Shown one piece after another: positions 8,742-19,017 of a stretch of DNA of 46,741 nt (positions are counted from its first letter, which is position 1; every line of letters starts with the position of its first letter). The notes below the pieces were generated by a model, which was given only the letters and a program-made list of their open reading frames with translations, was not told the origin of the DNA and searched no databases. This stretch comes from a virus (taxonomy: Duplodnaviria > Caudoviricetes). A program made the translations under genes and the position numbers. The stretch is taken from positions 1 through 46,741 of the IMG/VR virus record IMGVR_UViG_3300030397_000530; one strand, 5' to 3'.

Positions 8742-11700
8742 TGGCAACAAGACTACAAGGTGATTTTGTTTCAAACAAAGAAAGTCATGACTACACAATT
8801 AGCATCGATGACGCTGATTTTGTGGGCAGTGCTACTGACTTTAAAGCGGTTGCTATGTCTATTGAATGGGTAGAGCCGGAAAATGGAACTTTTGGAGTCA
8901 TGCCTTCTTTTTGCTCGTTCAGCATCCTTGTAACAAGCAGCACCCTGAATAATTTTGCAAATGCGCTAGTGGGCGCAGAAGAGGGGCGGTTCACGATAAA
9001 GATCGAAAAAAACAGCAGCTTGTACTGGGTTGGATATGTGCTGACCGACCTGATCACCATTGAGGACAAACCCTACCCCTATGTATTGAGTTTGCGCGCC
9101 ACAGACGGGATTGGCAGACTTAAAGATATTGATTACAATAATTCAGGAACTGCATATTCCGGGAAAGAAACAGTTACAGGTCATTTATTTAATATACTTG
9201 GAAAAATCGGGCTGGATTCCTATTGGGGTGCATCTGATATTTATTTAACCAGTGTGGTTAATTGGTGGGAGGATTCGCAGACTTTTGCTAACGCAACCGA
9301 CCCCTGGACTGTTACCCGTTTTGATCACCGGGTATTTATAAGGCTAGACCAAAGTGGCAACCAATCTTATTTCTCAGCCTTTCAGGTATTAAGCGCATTG
9401 ATTAATCAATGGAAAGCCTTGTTTTACCACGCTGGAGGGCGGTATTATCTTATTCAAACCAACGAATATGCTGAAACTGGAAATGTCGTTCTGAGGCACT
9501 TTGTGAAAGCAGGAACCTATGATAGCAACACGGTTGTAGCCTCTTTCTCTAATACCGATAAAACATGGGGCAATCCTAGCGAGTACAAAGCTGGATCTGC
9601 TGACCTGGTGGGCATTGCCGATAGTCCTATTTGGAATTTCAACCCGTCACTTGATCACATTACAGTAGATTACAAGCATTTTTCACTTCAAAATCTAGCC
9701 AGAGACGCAGCGTGGAACAGTGAATCTTCAACGACTTATTCGCTTGCTAATATAGATAGCAACTCTGGAGATGCAAAAGCGGCTATCCGGTTTTATCTCT
9801 CCCACAAACTGGACTTTAATACCAATTCCTTCATTATCTCTTTTATGAAGTTTCGTTTTAAAGTCTACATAGATAATGGTTCTACTATTTATTATTTAAA
9901 AAGGGTTGTTAATAGTCCTTATGTGTCTACAACTGTCGAGTGGACGACCACTGATAGCAATTATGAATTTTACACCAATGTACAGGCAGAGGATGATTTA
10001 ACCCAGTATCTGCAATTTTCCATAATTACTCCGGACTTGCCACAGGATGGCGACATGTCTCTGAAGCTAACCTACTGGCAAGCGTATGACCTGGATAATC
10101 AACTTATCAATAGCTTTGATTATACAGAAACATGGATAGCGCGAAATTTCTATTTAGAGATCTTGGTTGATGGCACACTAGAGGGGCAATCCAGCACTAC
10201 CCGATACCGGGTAAATAATACCGACGCTACCACAAATAGCGCAAAAGTGGAATTAGAATTCCTGCTGGGTGATGGCCCAACTGGAAACGCGCTTGGACAT
10301 TACGAGGTTTACGATGGTTCGGATTGGTCGAATTCCAGCGCATGGAGAAAAGGGAGTACAGGTGCTTATGATTTCAAGATAAACGAACTTTTTGCCAGAG
10401 AGGTACTGTCTACCAATATCACTCCGGTTAGAAAATATGTAGGGCGGGTATTGGGTGATATTGAAATTTACTCTACCCTGGTTCGAGATACATACAACCT
10501 CATTGCATCTGGTGTTCGCTTCGATATGGTAACAGATATTTGGGACGGTGAATGGTTTCAAATATCTGCCAACCCGACCCCGATTGATGTGGCAGAGGAA
10601 GAAGAATGGGTGCAAACTCCAGAAAATCCATCTGGTGGAGAAAGTGGGCCAACATCAGATCCAGGAACACCCGCACCAAGCCAGGATGGAACTCCAGTGA
10701 CGCCAACACCGGCAGGAGATACAGGACTGACAACCCCCTCTTTCCCTGATATATTCGTAGCTCAGGAAGACCAGAGCATTGACGAGGGCAGCAACATAAC
10801 CGACTTTGAAATAGTTAGCGGGAATGAGGATGAAATCTTTTTTGGCGATGACTCGGTGATCCTGATCAATCCCGGAACAGGAGAGCAACAAATTGTGATT
10901 ATAGATCCAACTGTCGATCATGCTACCGGAGACACCACGGTCGGCATTCTGGAAACGGTTGCTAATTATAACTTTCCGGCAGGGTCTTACATTATCGCCA
11001 ATCCGGTCGAGCAGCAAGCTAATATTCAATGGGGGCGCAGAAAGTTTATGGATTATCAGTTGGTTGCATTTGGCACTGATCTAACCACCTCTACCAGCTA
11101 CGTTAATTTTGATCCGTTCTTTCGCCCGTATTCCGCAGCAGCTACTGCAACAGGTTATCAATTTGAAGGCAAAAAATATATTCGTAGGGTTTATTTCCTT
11201 TGCGCTACCAATCCGAGCGGGTCTGCCCTAGTGAGCTATACCGCTCAGGTGGTGCGCGGCTCCACTCCTGATGTGGTGGCAAGTGCTACCATTACCGGAC
11301 AAGTGACAGAGGCGACGGTCACGCCAAATTCAGGAGAGGAATTATTGCAAGATGACTATTATTATTTTCGGATTAAGCAAAATTCAGCATCTGGATTGAG
11401 TATGAATAAGGGGCTGCATGTGATGCTGGAAATCATTAATAAATCCTTTGCACCTGATGATATTACAGGGCTGGAGTTGTGGTTGAGGGCTGATGCAGAT
11501 GTTTACAATGATGCTGGAACTGCCAAGTGTACCAACGGGCAATCGGTTCAGGAATGGCATGATCAAACCACAAACAGCCGGGATGTCACACAGACCACAG
11601 CAGGGAACAAACCGACATGGAACACAGGAGGTCAAAATGGCTATCCTTATATCACTTTTGACGGCACTGATGATTACTTGGTTCAATCTTCTGTTTTAGG

Positions 11701-12964
11701 CTTAACCGATTATCCATTTACGATTATTGTCGTTTTCCAACAGGATTCCAGCGCAAGCAGTGAACAGAGTGTAGTTGCTATTAATGACAATTCCGGAACC
11801 GGCACTGATTACCATACCATTTTTGCAGATGCCAATACACCAGCACTGGAAGCGGCAAGTAAAGACGGGACAGAATATAGTTCCACTAATTACTATAAAG
11901 CCGGACAGTTTATGATTGCGACCGGCATCTGGTCCGGCGATACTTCGCGAAAGGTGTTTTTTAATCTGGTAGCAGCTCCAGAAAGTACGGATTCTGTTAA
12001 CTGGGATGCGGCAGTGCTGGATGAGTTTTTAGTTGGTCGGTTAAAGAATAGCGGAGCAAGGCGAGACTTTGCAGGTGACATCTATGAAATATTAGTCTAT
12101 TCCGCTGCTTTAACTGATGCGGAACGGCAGCAGGTGTACACTTACCTGGCTAGAAAATACGATGTGCCAAATTACATTTTTGAACCGGATCATCTGGGAG
12201 GCCTTGACTTATGGCTCGATGCCGGATCAGAAGTATACAGCGACGCCGGAACAACACTAGCAACAAACGGAGATAGTGTACAAGAATGGCACAACCAGGC
12301 AGGAGCAAGCCTGGACGCTTCGCAGACTACCGGAGCAGCGCAACCAACTTATAACACTGGAGGACCAAACGGAAAGCCTTATTTAAGTTTTGATGGCGGC
12401 GATTACCTAGACGTTGGAGCCGTTTCTGATTTTGTTTACATGCACGATACCGGCGGGACTGTTTTTATAGTTGTTCAGCCCGGAACAAGTAGCAATCCGG
12501 ATGCCTTATATGGGATCATTGGTAACAATGCCAGCACAGCAGGAAATATAGGATTCTCTCTGGATTATGATGACCGCTCTGCTATCCCTAGAAATAACCG
12601 CATAAAGCACTTTGTAAGTGCTGGCGGCGGCACTTCGGTTGCATCAAATGTAAGTGCAGATGATGTAGTCACACCTAATTCAAATTATAACGTAATCACA
12701 CTGGTATCTGACCCCGACAACGGAACGGCAGCAGATCGAAGCTCCATTTATATTGATTCTGGCGCTGCGATTGCTAACAACAGCACTAGCGATGCAAGCA
12801 GTAGCAGTAATGCTAGTAATGTATTGCAGATTGGCGCAAATGGGAATAATACCTGGCCGATGGTAGGCGGGATTGCTGAGGTGCTTATTTACGATACACC
12901 ACTTAGTAATAGTGACCGCGCATTAGTAGAAAATTACTTGAGCAACAAGTACAATATAACATAG
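8741..12964 (+). CDS. Large tail tip protein with two C-terminal LamG/ConA-like domains
   Basis: Directly after the tape measure gene. N-terminal hub-like beta region (ATDGIGRLKD), Pro/Thr linker, then two repeats of GL.LWL.A...V.EW.DQ...FDG..DYL...G.I.E.L.Y..AL...ER..V..YL..KY. Confidence 0.8.
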   Translation: MATRLQGDFVSNKESHDYTISIDDADFVGSATDFKAVAMSIEWVEPENGTFGVMPSFCSFSILVTSSTLNNFANALVGAEEGRFTIKIEKNSSLYWVGYVLTDLITIEDKPYPYVLSLRATDGIGRLKDIDYNNSGTAYSGKETVTGHLFNILGKIGLDSYWGASDIYLTSVVNWWEDSQTFANATDPWTVTRFDHRVFIRLDQSGNQSYFSAFQVLSALINQWKALFYHAGGRYYLIQTNEYAETGNVVLRHFVKAGTYDSNTVVASFSNTDKTWGNPSEYKAGSADLVGIADSPIWNFNPSLDHITVDYKHFSLQNLARDAAWNSESSTTYSLANIDSNSGDAKAAIRFYLSHKLDFNTNSFIISFMKFRFKVYIDNGSTIYYLKRVVNSPYVSTTVEWTTTDSNYEFYTNVQAEDDLTQYLQFSIITPDLPQDGDMSLKLTYWQAYDLDNQLINSFDYTETWIARNFYLEILVDGTLEGQSSTTRYRVNNTDATTNSAKVELEFLLGDGPTGNALGHYEVYDGSDWSNSSAWRKGSTGAYDFKINELFAREVLSTNITPVRKYVGRVLGDIEIYSTLVRDTYNLIASGVRFDMVTDIWDGEWFQISANPTPIDVAEEEEWVQTPENPSGGESGPTSDPGTPAPSQDGTPVTPTPAGDTGLTTPSFPDIFVAQEDQSIDEGSNITDFEIVSGNEDEIFFGDDSVILINPGTGEQQIVIIDPTVDHATGDTTVGILETVANYNFPAGSYIIANPVEQQANIQWGRRKFMDYQLVAFGTDLTTSTSYVNFDPFFRPYSAAATATGYQFEGKKYIRRVYFLCATNPSGSALVSYTAQVVRGSTPDVVASATITGQVTEATVTPNSGEELLQDDYYYFRIKQNSASGLSMNKGLHVMLEIINKSFAPDDITGLELWLRADADVYNDAGTAKCTNGQSVQEWHDQTTNSRDVTQTTAGNKPTWNTGGQNGYPYITFDGTDDYLVQSSVLGLTDYPFTIIVVFQQDSSASSEQSVVAINDNSGTGTDYHTIFADANTPALEAASKDGTEYSSTNYYKAGQFMIATGIWSGDTSRKVFFNLVAAPESTDSVNWDAAVLDEFLVGRLKNSGARRDFAGDIYEILVYSAALTDAERQQVYTYLARKYDVPNYIFEPDHLGGLDLWLDAGSEVYSDAGTTLATNGDSVQEWHNQAGASLDASQTTGAAQPTYNTGGPNGKPYLSFDGGDYLDVGAVSDFVYMHDTGGTVFIVVQPGTSSNPDALYGIIGNNASTAGNIGFSLDYDDRSAIPRNNRIKHFVSAGGGTSVASNVSADDVVTPNSNYNVITLVSDPDNGTAADRSSIYIDSGAAIANNSTSDASSSSNASNVLQIGANGNNTWPMVGGIAEVLIYDTPLSNSDRALVENYLSNKYNIT
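12710..12753 (+). repeat. 44-bp exact repeat, copy 1 (copy 2 at 14530-14573)
   Basis: GACCCCGACAACGGAACGGCAGCAGATCGAAGCTCCATTTATAT is identical in the paralogous LamG domains of two adjacent genes. Confidence 0.95.
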
Positions 12965-12966
12965 CT

Positions 12967-14787
12967 ATGAAAACGATATTAACAACCATATTGCTGTTTG
13001 TCACACTTTCGGTTTTTGGGCAGATCCGACCGGACCAGCAACCGGTAGATTATAGCCCGACCTTAAGCAATGAGATCTACACAATGGAGTTAGGGATTGT
13101 GAAAAGATTCCTTTTTTCTTCCTTAGACTCTCTTTTCTCTAGTGGCTCATTCACTGAGATCACCAATGTATCAGACACCGCCGGTATCTCTTCCCCGCAA
13201 CTGGGAGATATTGCTATTAACTCTAGTAATGATACGCTGATGTTTCGCTCTACTTATGGGTGGATAGTTTTTGTCGGTGGATCAGGCGGCGGTGGCGGCG
13301 GTGGTACATGGGGCAGCATTACCGGAACCCTAAGTAATCAAACGGACCTACAAAGCGCCTTAGATGCAAAGCTAAGTACGGAAGTAGATGGCAGCGTATC
13401 GAATGAATTAGACACGATCACCATAGCAGGCAATTCAGGGAGCGCTGATATCTCAGACGGGGAAACACTAACCATTGCAGGCGGCGGCATTGCCTCTACT
13501 TCAGTAAGCGGCAACACCTTGACCGTAACAGCTACCGAAGTAGATGGCAGTGTATCTAATGAAATTCAAACCATAGACACCGCTTCTTTTTCCTCTGGTA
13601 CGATCAGCCTAAGCCTTTCCAGCGATGGAGAAGCGGCCAAAGAGATAGACATATCAAGCATAGGCACTTACTCTCTAAATACTACCACAGCAGATGGGAA
13701 AGACACACTTGATTTCAATACCCAACCCAATGGCTACTGGCGTATTGATTTAAGCTCTTTGACTACCGCTGACTCCGTATTTTTTGAAAACCCACTAACA
13801 ACAGCAGTGCCTACTTATACGGTCCATATCGACAATGCAACCACTGATACTATTGTGTGGCCTCCTAACCTACTAGATGCAAATAGAGATACCGTAGGGA
13901 CCAGGAAATACACAACAGGCGCAATGATGTCTTTTTGGTATGACGGCACAAATTATATCACACCCGCAGCAGTTGGCGAGGCAGCTACTATACCTGATCC
14001 GGTCAGCTTCGATCTGGATAGTTTATACACGCTTATTGATGCGGTTTCCACACCTTCAGCTTTTTGGAGTGCCGACAGTGTAACCACAAACGGCAGTCAT
14101 GTAACTGTCTGGGTAGATATCACAGGAAACGGCTTAAACTTCAGCCAGATAGACACCACAAAAACAGGGCAATTATTAAGCAGTGAGATAGGCTCAAGAG
14201 ATGCCGTAGATTTTGCCAGTGGTGACAATTACGCTAGTGGCACAACCTCCAGCTTTGACTACCTGCACGACACCGGCGGCACTTTATTTGTAGTCGCTCA
14301 GATCGGATCAGAAGCAGACCCGGACGCCTTGCAGTCGATCATGGGTACTAATAACTCATCAAGTGCCAGTAGTGGCTTTTCTCTGGATTATGACGATCGA
14401 TCTAGTATACCCCGTAATAACCGGATAAAAACTTTTGTGTCTAACAGTGCCGGAACAGTCGTTTCAAATGTAAGCTCTGACAATGCCGTTACACCCAATT
14501 CAGGGTATTACGTGATCTGCTTAATGCTAGACCCCGACAACGGAACGGCAGCAGATCGAAGCTCCATTTATATCAATGGCGGGGCAGCAATAGCTAATAA
14601 CAGCACCGGGAATGCCCCAGATACCGGCGCGCAATCCTTTACTCTTAAGCTGGGCAACGGCGGCAATGGTAGCAATCCCTTTGACGGGATAGTTGGAACG
14701 GCTATCATTTACAATTCTGTGCTTTCATCCGGCAACATCAGTACTATCATGGGTCACTTAAATACCTACTATGGATCGCTTTATTAA
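12967..14787 (+). CDS. Tail-fibre-like protein with signal peptide and C-terminal LamG-like domain
   Basis: MKTILTTILLFVTLSVFG-Q signal peptide; WGSITGTLSNQTDLQSALDAK fibre motif; TEVDGSVSNE twice; C-terminal domain paralogous to the last domain of 8741..12964. Confidence 0.7.
   Translation: MKTILTTILLFVTLSVFGQIRPDQQPVDYSPTLSNEIYTMELGIVKRFLFSSLDSLFSSGSFTEITNVSDTAGISSPQLGDIAINSSNDTLMFRSTYGWIVFVGGSGGGGGGGTWGSITGTLSNQTDLQSALDAKLSTEVDGSVSNELDTITIAGNSGSADISDGETLTIAGGGIASTSVSGNTLTVTATEVDGSVSNEIQTIDTASFSSGTISLSLSSDGEAAKEIDISSIGTYSLNTTTADGKDTLDFNTQPNGYWRIDLSSLTTADSVFFENPLTTAVPTYTVHIDNATTDTIVWPPNLLDANRDTVGTRKYTTGAMMSFWYDGTNYITPAAVGEAATIPDPVSFDLDSLYTLIDAVSTPSAFWSADSVTTNGSHVTVWVDITGNGLNFSQIDTTKTGQLLSSEIGSRDAVDFASGDNYASGTTSSFDYLHDTGGTLFVVAQIGSEADPDALQSIMGTNNSSSASSGFSLDYDDRSSIPRNNRIKTFVSNSAGTVVSNVSSDNAVTPNSGYYVICLMLDPDNGTAADRSSIYINGGAAIANNSTGNAPDTGAQSFTLKLGNGGNGSNPFDGIVGTAIIYNSVLSSGNISTIMGHLNTYYGSLY
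14530..14573 (+). repeat. 44-bp exact repeat, copy 2
   Basis: Identical to 12710-12753. Confidence 0.95.
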
Positions 14788-17047
14788 AATATTAATACTC
14801 GCTTTTCTTCCTGGTTTTGCGTGGTCGCAGCAGATGTATATACAGACGCCCAGCAGCTACGCAAAGCAGTATAAGTATTTGCATCTGGATACAGAAAGCA
14901 ATGCGTTAACGATCAATGCAAATGGTTATTCGAGCTATATTGTTCAGCGCAAAACCAGCGGTGATTTTTCTAATATCGACACTACCACAGAAACGAGCTA
15001 CACGGATGCGACAGCAACGGAAGGAACTTTGTATTACTACCGGATAGAAAGTAGTGGAGATCAAAGCAGTGAGCAGAAAGGCGGCAAATTCCCCTATGCT
15101 AGCCTAAATGGAACGGATGAGTATTTTACACTATCTCATAAGTCGGAAATAGCATATACTTTGGATTCAGCCTTTACTATTGAATCTTGGTTTAGACCCG
15201 TAACTACTACCAGTAGTCAGCGGTTATTCTCAAAAGTTAGCGGCTCTAATGCTATCATTATCTTCCTGGAATACGATAGTGATAACACGCCCTATATTTC
15301 TGTTCAATTTGGCGGCAGTTCTAATATTTGGAAGATGGCGGCTGATGCAGAAGATTCCTATGATAGCCAGCATTTATTTCAGGATTTAGAGTTTTATCAT
15401 TTGGTTGTCACCTATGACGGCTCAGGAGTCAGAACAGGAATAACTATTTACATTAATGGATACGAGGCAACAGGACTAACAACAGTTAGTAATTTAGGGA
15501 CGCCGGTAATAGCTAACACAGAGGGAATCAATATAGGCTATAACGGATCTAGTCAGTTTTACAAATTTGACTACCTGATGACGCGCATGTTTTCTGGTGA
15601 GCTTTCGGCGGCTAATGCTCTGACATTGTTTAACTCAGGCGTTCCGCTATATGACGCTTCAGGAGTAGCCACCGCCAAACTGGAACACACGATGCTACAA
15701 GACAGTTTAGGGGGCGCAAATTGGATTCCTTATGATTCGGGCGAAAGTCCCGGCTATGGCAGTAGTTCAGGCTTGCTATCCAGTGAGAAAGTGTTTACTC
15801 ACTCGCTACCTGGCTTTTTTAGAAAGAACCACACTTTTGGTACAAAGTTGACGCAGGGATCAGATAAGGTAGGCGGCTTAACATTTGGAACGACTAACAA
15901 CTATAAAAGCCCAATACTTACTAAAGACTTTGCCCCTATTATCATTTACGATAATGGGACTAGTTATATAGCAGGACACGGCAGAGGGCAAGCGGGTTTT
16001 GCAAATAAGCCATTAGTCTATTCCTTCAATCATCGGTCTAAGGCACTAAGGATTGACACTATCTATGATGCCCAGGATAGTCGCTTTAGTGATGATGTAC
16101 ACACAGGACCGGCATTAAACAAAATTGGTGATCAGTGGAACCTTTGGATTGAAAATGTACACTGCAATGAGATTAAAGCCTATTCAGGTGCGGAGCCTGG
16201 AGAGATGAGTCAGCAAAGCCTTTTGTCTGGCAAGCCTTCATATATCCAAACCTTTAATTTTAACGACACTTCTTTTGCCTTTGTTCGAGGCGGGAACAAT
16301 GATTGCCAACGATATAATCATGTTTATTATTCATCGAACAACTGGAGCAGCAGTAGCTCAAACATGGTAGTGGATCTTGGGAATGATTATTGGGCTTATC
16401 CCCATTGTATTAGCAATGATAGCGTGACTTATTGCTTCATTAATTCCAGACAAGACGCCGGCGGGAGTAATTACAAGCATCTATTTGCTATCAAAACTAC
16501 AGACGGGATTAACTACACCAACCTAAGTGGTAGTTATTCGCAAGATTCCGGATCATCGCAGTTTTTTGATACCACAGAATTAAAAACCTATTGCTTGATA
16601 GACTCTGTTACCTCTGTTTCTTCTCAGACAGTAAGATGGTTAGATGGGTTTATTAAAGATGGTATCCCCTACTTTGTGGCTCGCAACACCGAAACAGACA
16701 CCACTACCCTTTATTATTACGATGGTACACTTAATTCAGTGGCTTTGCCCTGGAATACATTAAGCTCAGATATGAGATCAATTTGTATCATTCCGGTTCA
16801 AGGTCAAGAGTTTGATCTTTTTATGATCGATAGTATTGATAACTATACAGTGCCGGTTCGATACAAAACCACAGATAATTTTGCCACGTTTGGCCCTGTC
16901 CTGCAACTGGAAGCCGGCAGTAATCACCAGGCTTTGCAATGCAACGCAAGGCGGGAAGATGGCAACCCGATCATCCTGGTTTGCAATCAGTTGGTAGGGA
17001 CCAATGAGGAAACAAAACTTTGGCTTTACGAATACCATGTAAAATGA
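14771..17047 (+). CDS. Signal-peptide protein with FN3-like, LamG and BNR-type beta-propeller domains
   Basis: MDRFIKILILAFLPGFAWS-QQ; YTD......YYYRI (FN3-like); FTIESWFRP / YHLVVTYDGSG / IYING (LamG); DDVHTGPAL, SSNNWS, TTDGINY, TTDNFATF (Asp-box/BNR-like). Confidence 0.65.
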   Translation: MDRFIKILILAFLPGFAWSQQMYIQTPSSYAKQYKYLHLDTESNALTINANGYSSYIVQRKTSGDFSNIDTTTETSYTDATATEGTLYYYRIESSGDQSSEQKGGKFPYASLNGTDEYFTLSHKSEIAYTLDSAFTIESWFRPVTTTSSQRLFSKVSGSNAIIIFLEYDSDNTPYISVQFGGSSNIWKMAADAEDSYDSQHLFQDLEFYHLVVTYDGSGVRTGITIYINGYEATGLTTVSNLGTPVIANTEGINIGYNGSSQFYKFDYLMTRMFSGELSAANALTLFNSGVPLYDASGVATAKLEHTMLQDSLGGANWIPYDSGESPGYGSSSGLLSSEKVFTHSLPGFFRKNHTFGTKLTQGSDKVGGLTFGTTNNYKSPILTKDFAPIIIYDNGTSYIAGHGRGQAGFANKPLVYSFNHRSKALRIDTIYDAQDSRFSDDVHTGPALNKIGDQWNLWIENVHCNEIKAYSGAEPGEMSQQSLLSGKPSYIQTFNFNDTSFAFVRGGNNDCQRYNHVYYSSNNWSSSSSNMVVDLGNDYWAYPHCISNDSVTYCFINSRQDAGGSNYKHLFAIKTTDGINYTNLSGSYSQDSGSSQFFDTTELKTYCLIDSVTSVSSQTVRWLDGFIKDGIPYFVARNTETDTTTLYYYDGTLNSVALPWNTLSSDMRSICIIPVQGQEFDLFMIDSIDNYTVPVRYKTTDNFATFGPVLQLEAGSNHQALQCNARREDGNPIILVCNQLVGTNEETKLWLYEYHVK

Positions 17048-17631
17048 AAGCATACACCATAAAAAAAGGCCAGCATGATTTTAAGCCCAGGGATGGTTTC
17101 GGGCTGATCTGGTGGCCTAAGATTAAAAAGAGGGTCTTAACAGTGGAATTCGAGTTTGGCAAGGATGCCTTATTTGATCCCGGCAATGACAAAGATTTAC
17201 AGCACGATTGGAATAAATTACCGGGTATTTCTTTAGGGTATCCCTGGACAAAGAAGAATAAGAATGCCATTATGGTCGGCTGGCGTCCGAAAGATGGCGA
17301 GTTTTTGGAATGTACCTTTTACATCAATAGAGACTTTGATCACAACGCGCCGGACCATCCACGTATCGACCTACGCCCTGGAGAGCGTGCCGGCTATGCC
17401 ATATGGCCGACCAGCAAGAGCGAATGGAGGGCGGTATTTTATGCGATCAATGAGAAAGGACAATTTACCAGTATGTCCGAACAGCTAAGGATAAAGCATA
17501 GATCTAGCTTCCTGATGGCTCCTATCGGCCTTTGGTTCGGAGGGAATAAAACGGCTCCGCAAGACATGTCTATCTATGTCAATCGGGGCTACGAATTACA
17601 AAGCGAGTTAAAGAAGAAAAACCTAATGTGA
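17044..17631 (+). CDS. Hypothetical beta-sandwich protein, possibly distant PL14 polysaccharide-lyase-like
   Basis: ATG at 17044 overlaps the upstream stop. WNKLPG, GWR and WFGG recall the PL14 KLPG / MWR / FFGG motifs. Confidence 0.4.
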   Translation: MKAYTIKKGQHDFKPRDGFGLIWWPKIKKRVLTVEFEFGKDALFDPGNDKDLQHDWNKLPGISLGYPWTKKNKNAIMVGWRPKDGEFLECTFYINRDFDHNAPDHPRIDLRPGERAGYAIWPTSKSEWRAVFYAINEKGQFTSMSEQLRIKHRSSFLMAPIGLWFGGNKTAPQDMSIYVNRGYELQSELKKKNLM

Positions 17632-17657
17632 AGAACACACCCCCATGAGTAGAATAG

Positions 17658-18242
17658 ATGACGCTGAACTTTATTTTTGGTTTTATTGCTCTGGTAGCTG
17701 TCTCGATGTCGATCCTAATAGCTCGGAAGCGCAATACCAACTTTTCAGGGCATCTTGAGGACTTAGAAAACATATTCAAAGTTTTATCGGGTATCGAAAG
17801 AGAAACCCAGATTGAGCGCACATTGATATTTATGACTAAAAACACGGGCACAAAGCCGACACCCGGCGTACCTATTTATGTTACCTGTATCTATGAGGGA
17901 CCGAATACGCAAGAGAGAGCGCAGTATCAAAATATACAGGTAGATGCTGAGTATGTATCAATGATGTTACAGGCCAAAAGAGATAACCGAATAGATTATG
18001 TTGTCGAGCTAATGGAGCCTTCATTATTGCAAAGGATCTATACTTCGCAAGGTGTGACATTTAGTTCTATCTTCTTTATTCATGAAGACTCGAAAGCGTT
18101 TTACTATGGTTCTTTTGCATCCCACACGATGAAGTACCCGGATGCCGCCACCGATGTAAAGATAGACTTAGCTATTAGCCAGTTGCAATACATCTGGAAG
18201 CGGCCAAAGAATAAAATTTTCAACTTTAAAATAAAGCTATGA
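17658..18242 (+). CDS. Single-pass membrane protein, putative holin
   Basis: One N-terminal transmembrane segment plus a globular alpha/beta domain (T4 T-holin-like architecture), at the end of the tail module. Confidence 0.45.
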   Translation: MTLNFIFGFIALVAVSMSILIARKRNTNFSGHLEDLENIFKVLSGIERETQIERTLIFMTKNTGTKPTPGVPIYVTCIYEGPNTQERAQYQNIQVDAEYVSMMLQAKRDNRIDYVVELMEPSLLQRIYTSQGVTFSSIFFIHEDSKAFYYGSFASHTMKYPDAATDVKIDLAISQLQYIWKRPKNKIFNFKIKL

Positions 18243-18469
18243 ACATCGAGAAAAAACAGGAACAGTTAAAGAGAGCATTTGAAAAGAATATAGCCATTAC
18301 AGAAGAGACTATCCAAAAGCACAAAAGCGGCATCGATGAAGAACACCAGATAATTAGTGCCGCTCAGGGAAAGATAGTGCTACATAATCAGTCTATCGAT
18401 GCCCTGGAATCCGAGAAAGAAAAGCTGGTCAATGAATACCGCGAATTTATAGAAACGATCGAAGAATGA
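18239..18469 (+). CDS. Coiled-coil hypothetical protein
   Basis: 76 aa; ATGA overlap with the upstream stop; AAGCTATG start context. Confidence 0.65.
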   Translation: MNIEKKQEQLKRAFEKNIAITEETIQKHKSGIDEEHQIISAAQGKIVLHNQSIDALESEKEKLVNEYREFIETIEE

Positions 18470-18569
18470 AAGCGAGGCGAACCGGAAGAAAACGAATGCA
18501 AAAGCAGTATTTGAAGTACTACGGAAATTCATTGCGTAATTTTTACACATTTAAATAAAGCAGAAAACT

Positions 18570-18926
18570 ATGACTGAAAAAGCAAGAGGTTTTGGAGAAA
18601 CGATCGGTAAAGTCACAACCAATGTGATCTACATCGACTCTAACAGAGACGGCAAAATTAGCCGAACAGAAATACTTTCATTTATTACCGCCATTGCCCT
18701 GGAGGGAATCCAGAGCTTTGATGACATCCCGGCTGCGATTGAGGAATTAAAAACAGAAGGGAGCGCAGCAAGAACAGCTTTCGTTGAGGGGATCAAAAAA
18801 GAATTCGACCTAATTAACGATACGGTTGAATTCTTGATTGAAGATTGGCTGGAATGGCTTGAGAAAGGAATAACACTTGGCGAACGTACCGGAAAGGTAC
18901 TGAGGCCGCAAAACGCAAAAGTGTAG
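18570..18926 (+). CDS. Hypothetical protein with EF-hand-like loop
   Basis: DSNRDGKISRTE fits the DxNxDGxIxxxE EF-hand loop pattern. Confidence 0.6.
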   Translation: MTEKARGFGETIGKVTTNVIYIDSNRDGKISRTEILSFITAIALEGIQSFDDIPAAIEELKTEGSAARTAFVEGIKKEFDLINDTVEFLIEDWLEWLEKGITLGERTGKVLRPQNAKV

Positions 18927-18970
18927 TTTTCTCATAGTAAGCAGTAAGTTGTCTTAATTTACCTGTTGTT

Positions 18971-19017
18971 ACTGCCCTGGTTGGTACACTATGAAGCACT
19001 ATACTGGGGCAGTTTTG
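18971..19017 (+). terminator. Intrinsic terminator-like hairpin ending the structural operon
   Basis: ACTGCCCTGGT...ACTGGGGCAGT stem (with G.U pairs) followed by TTTGAAA. Confidence 0.65.

Noticed and set aside
12420-14600. Diversity-generating retroelement TR/VR pair
   Set aside because: Differences are synonymous rather than adenine-specific, both copies are coding, and there is no reverse transcriptase in the window.
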